Assembly (NCBI RefSeq): GCF_006345805.1
Contig: NW_021829440.1
Location: 1 to 6,376, forward strand
Direction: 5' to 3'
Origin: Octopus sinensis
Lineage: Eukaryota
Length of the DNA: 6,376 nt
Positions 6,011 through 6,376 of this stretch are shown here, piece after piece; within the stretch, counting starts at the first letter, position 1, and each line of letters begins with the position of its first letter. A model generated the notes under the pieces. That model was not told the DNA's origin and searched no databases. It saw only the letters and a list, made by a program, of their open reading frames with translations. Both the position numbers and the translations under genes were made by a program.

Positions 6011-6105
6011 TATATTCTCCCTGGTGAGATTGATGCATTTTTCCACATTATTCTTCCACTCGGATTTATTTTAATACATCTATCGAAACATATGTCGGTG
6101 ATATG
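6011..6105 (+). ncRNA. Second type I hammerhead motif, core-mutated (probable PLE pLTR remnant)
   Basis: Core CUGGUGA (6021-6027, A6>G). Stem II GAUUGAUGCAUU / AAUACAUCUAUC pairs 10/12. GAAAC-AUAU-GUC (6085-6096) has a palindromic loop. Stem I UAUAUUCUCC / GGUGAUAUG is imperfect. Confidence 0.6.
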
Positions 6106-6157
6106 GTGATATAAATGATTTAAATAACATCTTGAGCGTTGTCTCCTTTTCCATTAT

Positions 6158-6217
6158 TCTTATATATATATATATATATATATATATACTAATATATATA
6201 TACATATATAATATATA
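6158..6217. repeat. (TA)n microsatellite
   Basis: Direct reading. Confidence 0.9.
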
Positions 6218-6280
6218 ACCGGTGGAAAAACAGTACTGTAAAACAAGGTGGTAAAAAGAGTACTTTAAATACCAGAGGTA

Positions 6281-6301
6281 TACACACACACACAAATACA
6301 C

Positions 6302-6341
<40 letters not shown>

Positions 6342-6355
6342 TACATACATACATA
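6281..6355. repeat. (CA)n/(TACA)n microsatellite
   Basis: Direct reading. Confidence 0.9.
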
Positions 6356-6376
6356 TACGGGGTGCGGTGAATAAAT
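6356..6376 (+). mobile_element. Possible Tc1/mariner-type terminus at the window edge
   Basis: TA|CGGGGTGCGGTGAATAAAT resembles a TA-CAGGGTG/CGGGGTG mariner/Tc1 TIR start. Only ~20 bp are visible. Confidence 0.4.

Noticed and set aside
5748-6346. Tyr/Ile-rich ORFs (5748-5984, 5818-6027, 6080-6346)
   Set aside because: They are artefacts of (TA)n and (TG)n tracts.

Overview
Eukaryotic, microsatellite-rich non-genic DNA made almost entirely of stacked transposable elements. The SINE families look like those of octopus/coleoid cephalopods; this rests on my recollection of the repeats and is not proven. I find no intact host gene. From left to right: (1) 355-1141, a head-to-tail, same-strand cluster of an old ~200-bp retroposon with an (AAC)n tail, whose 5' head folds like an HDV-type ribozyme (5 decayed heads, 3 tails); (2) two tRNA-derived SINE copies of one family (1440-1842, 1995-2356) and a 5'-truncated RTE-like LINE with an 11-bp TSD (2375-2711); (3) a decayed minus-strand hAT transposon (2786-~5365) split by four later insertions: a 73-bp mini-MITE, a tRNA SINE, a 276-bp MITE and a second RTE copy; (4) a Penelope-like RT fragment (5363-5523, minus) lying head-to-head with a tRNA-headed element that carries a minimal hammerhead ribozyme (5536-5780, plus); (5) a second, distinct Penelope-type hammerhead at 6011-6105 and a possible Tc1/mariner end at the window edge. 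The most interesting signals are the two kinds of ribozyme-bearing short retroelements and two MITEs that both sit in NTCGAN palindromes. All alignments and folds were done by eye.
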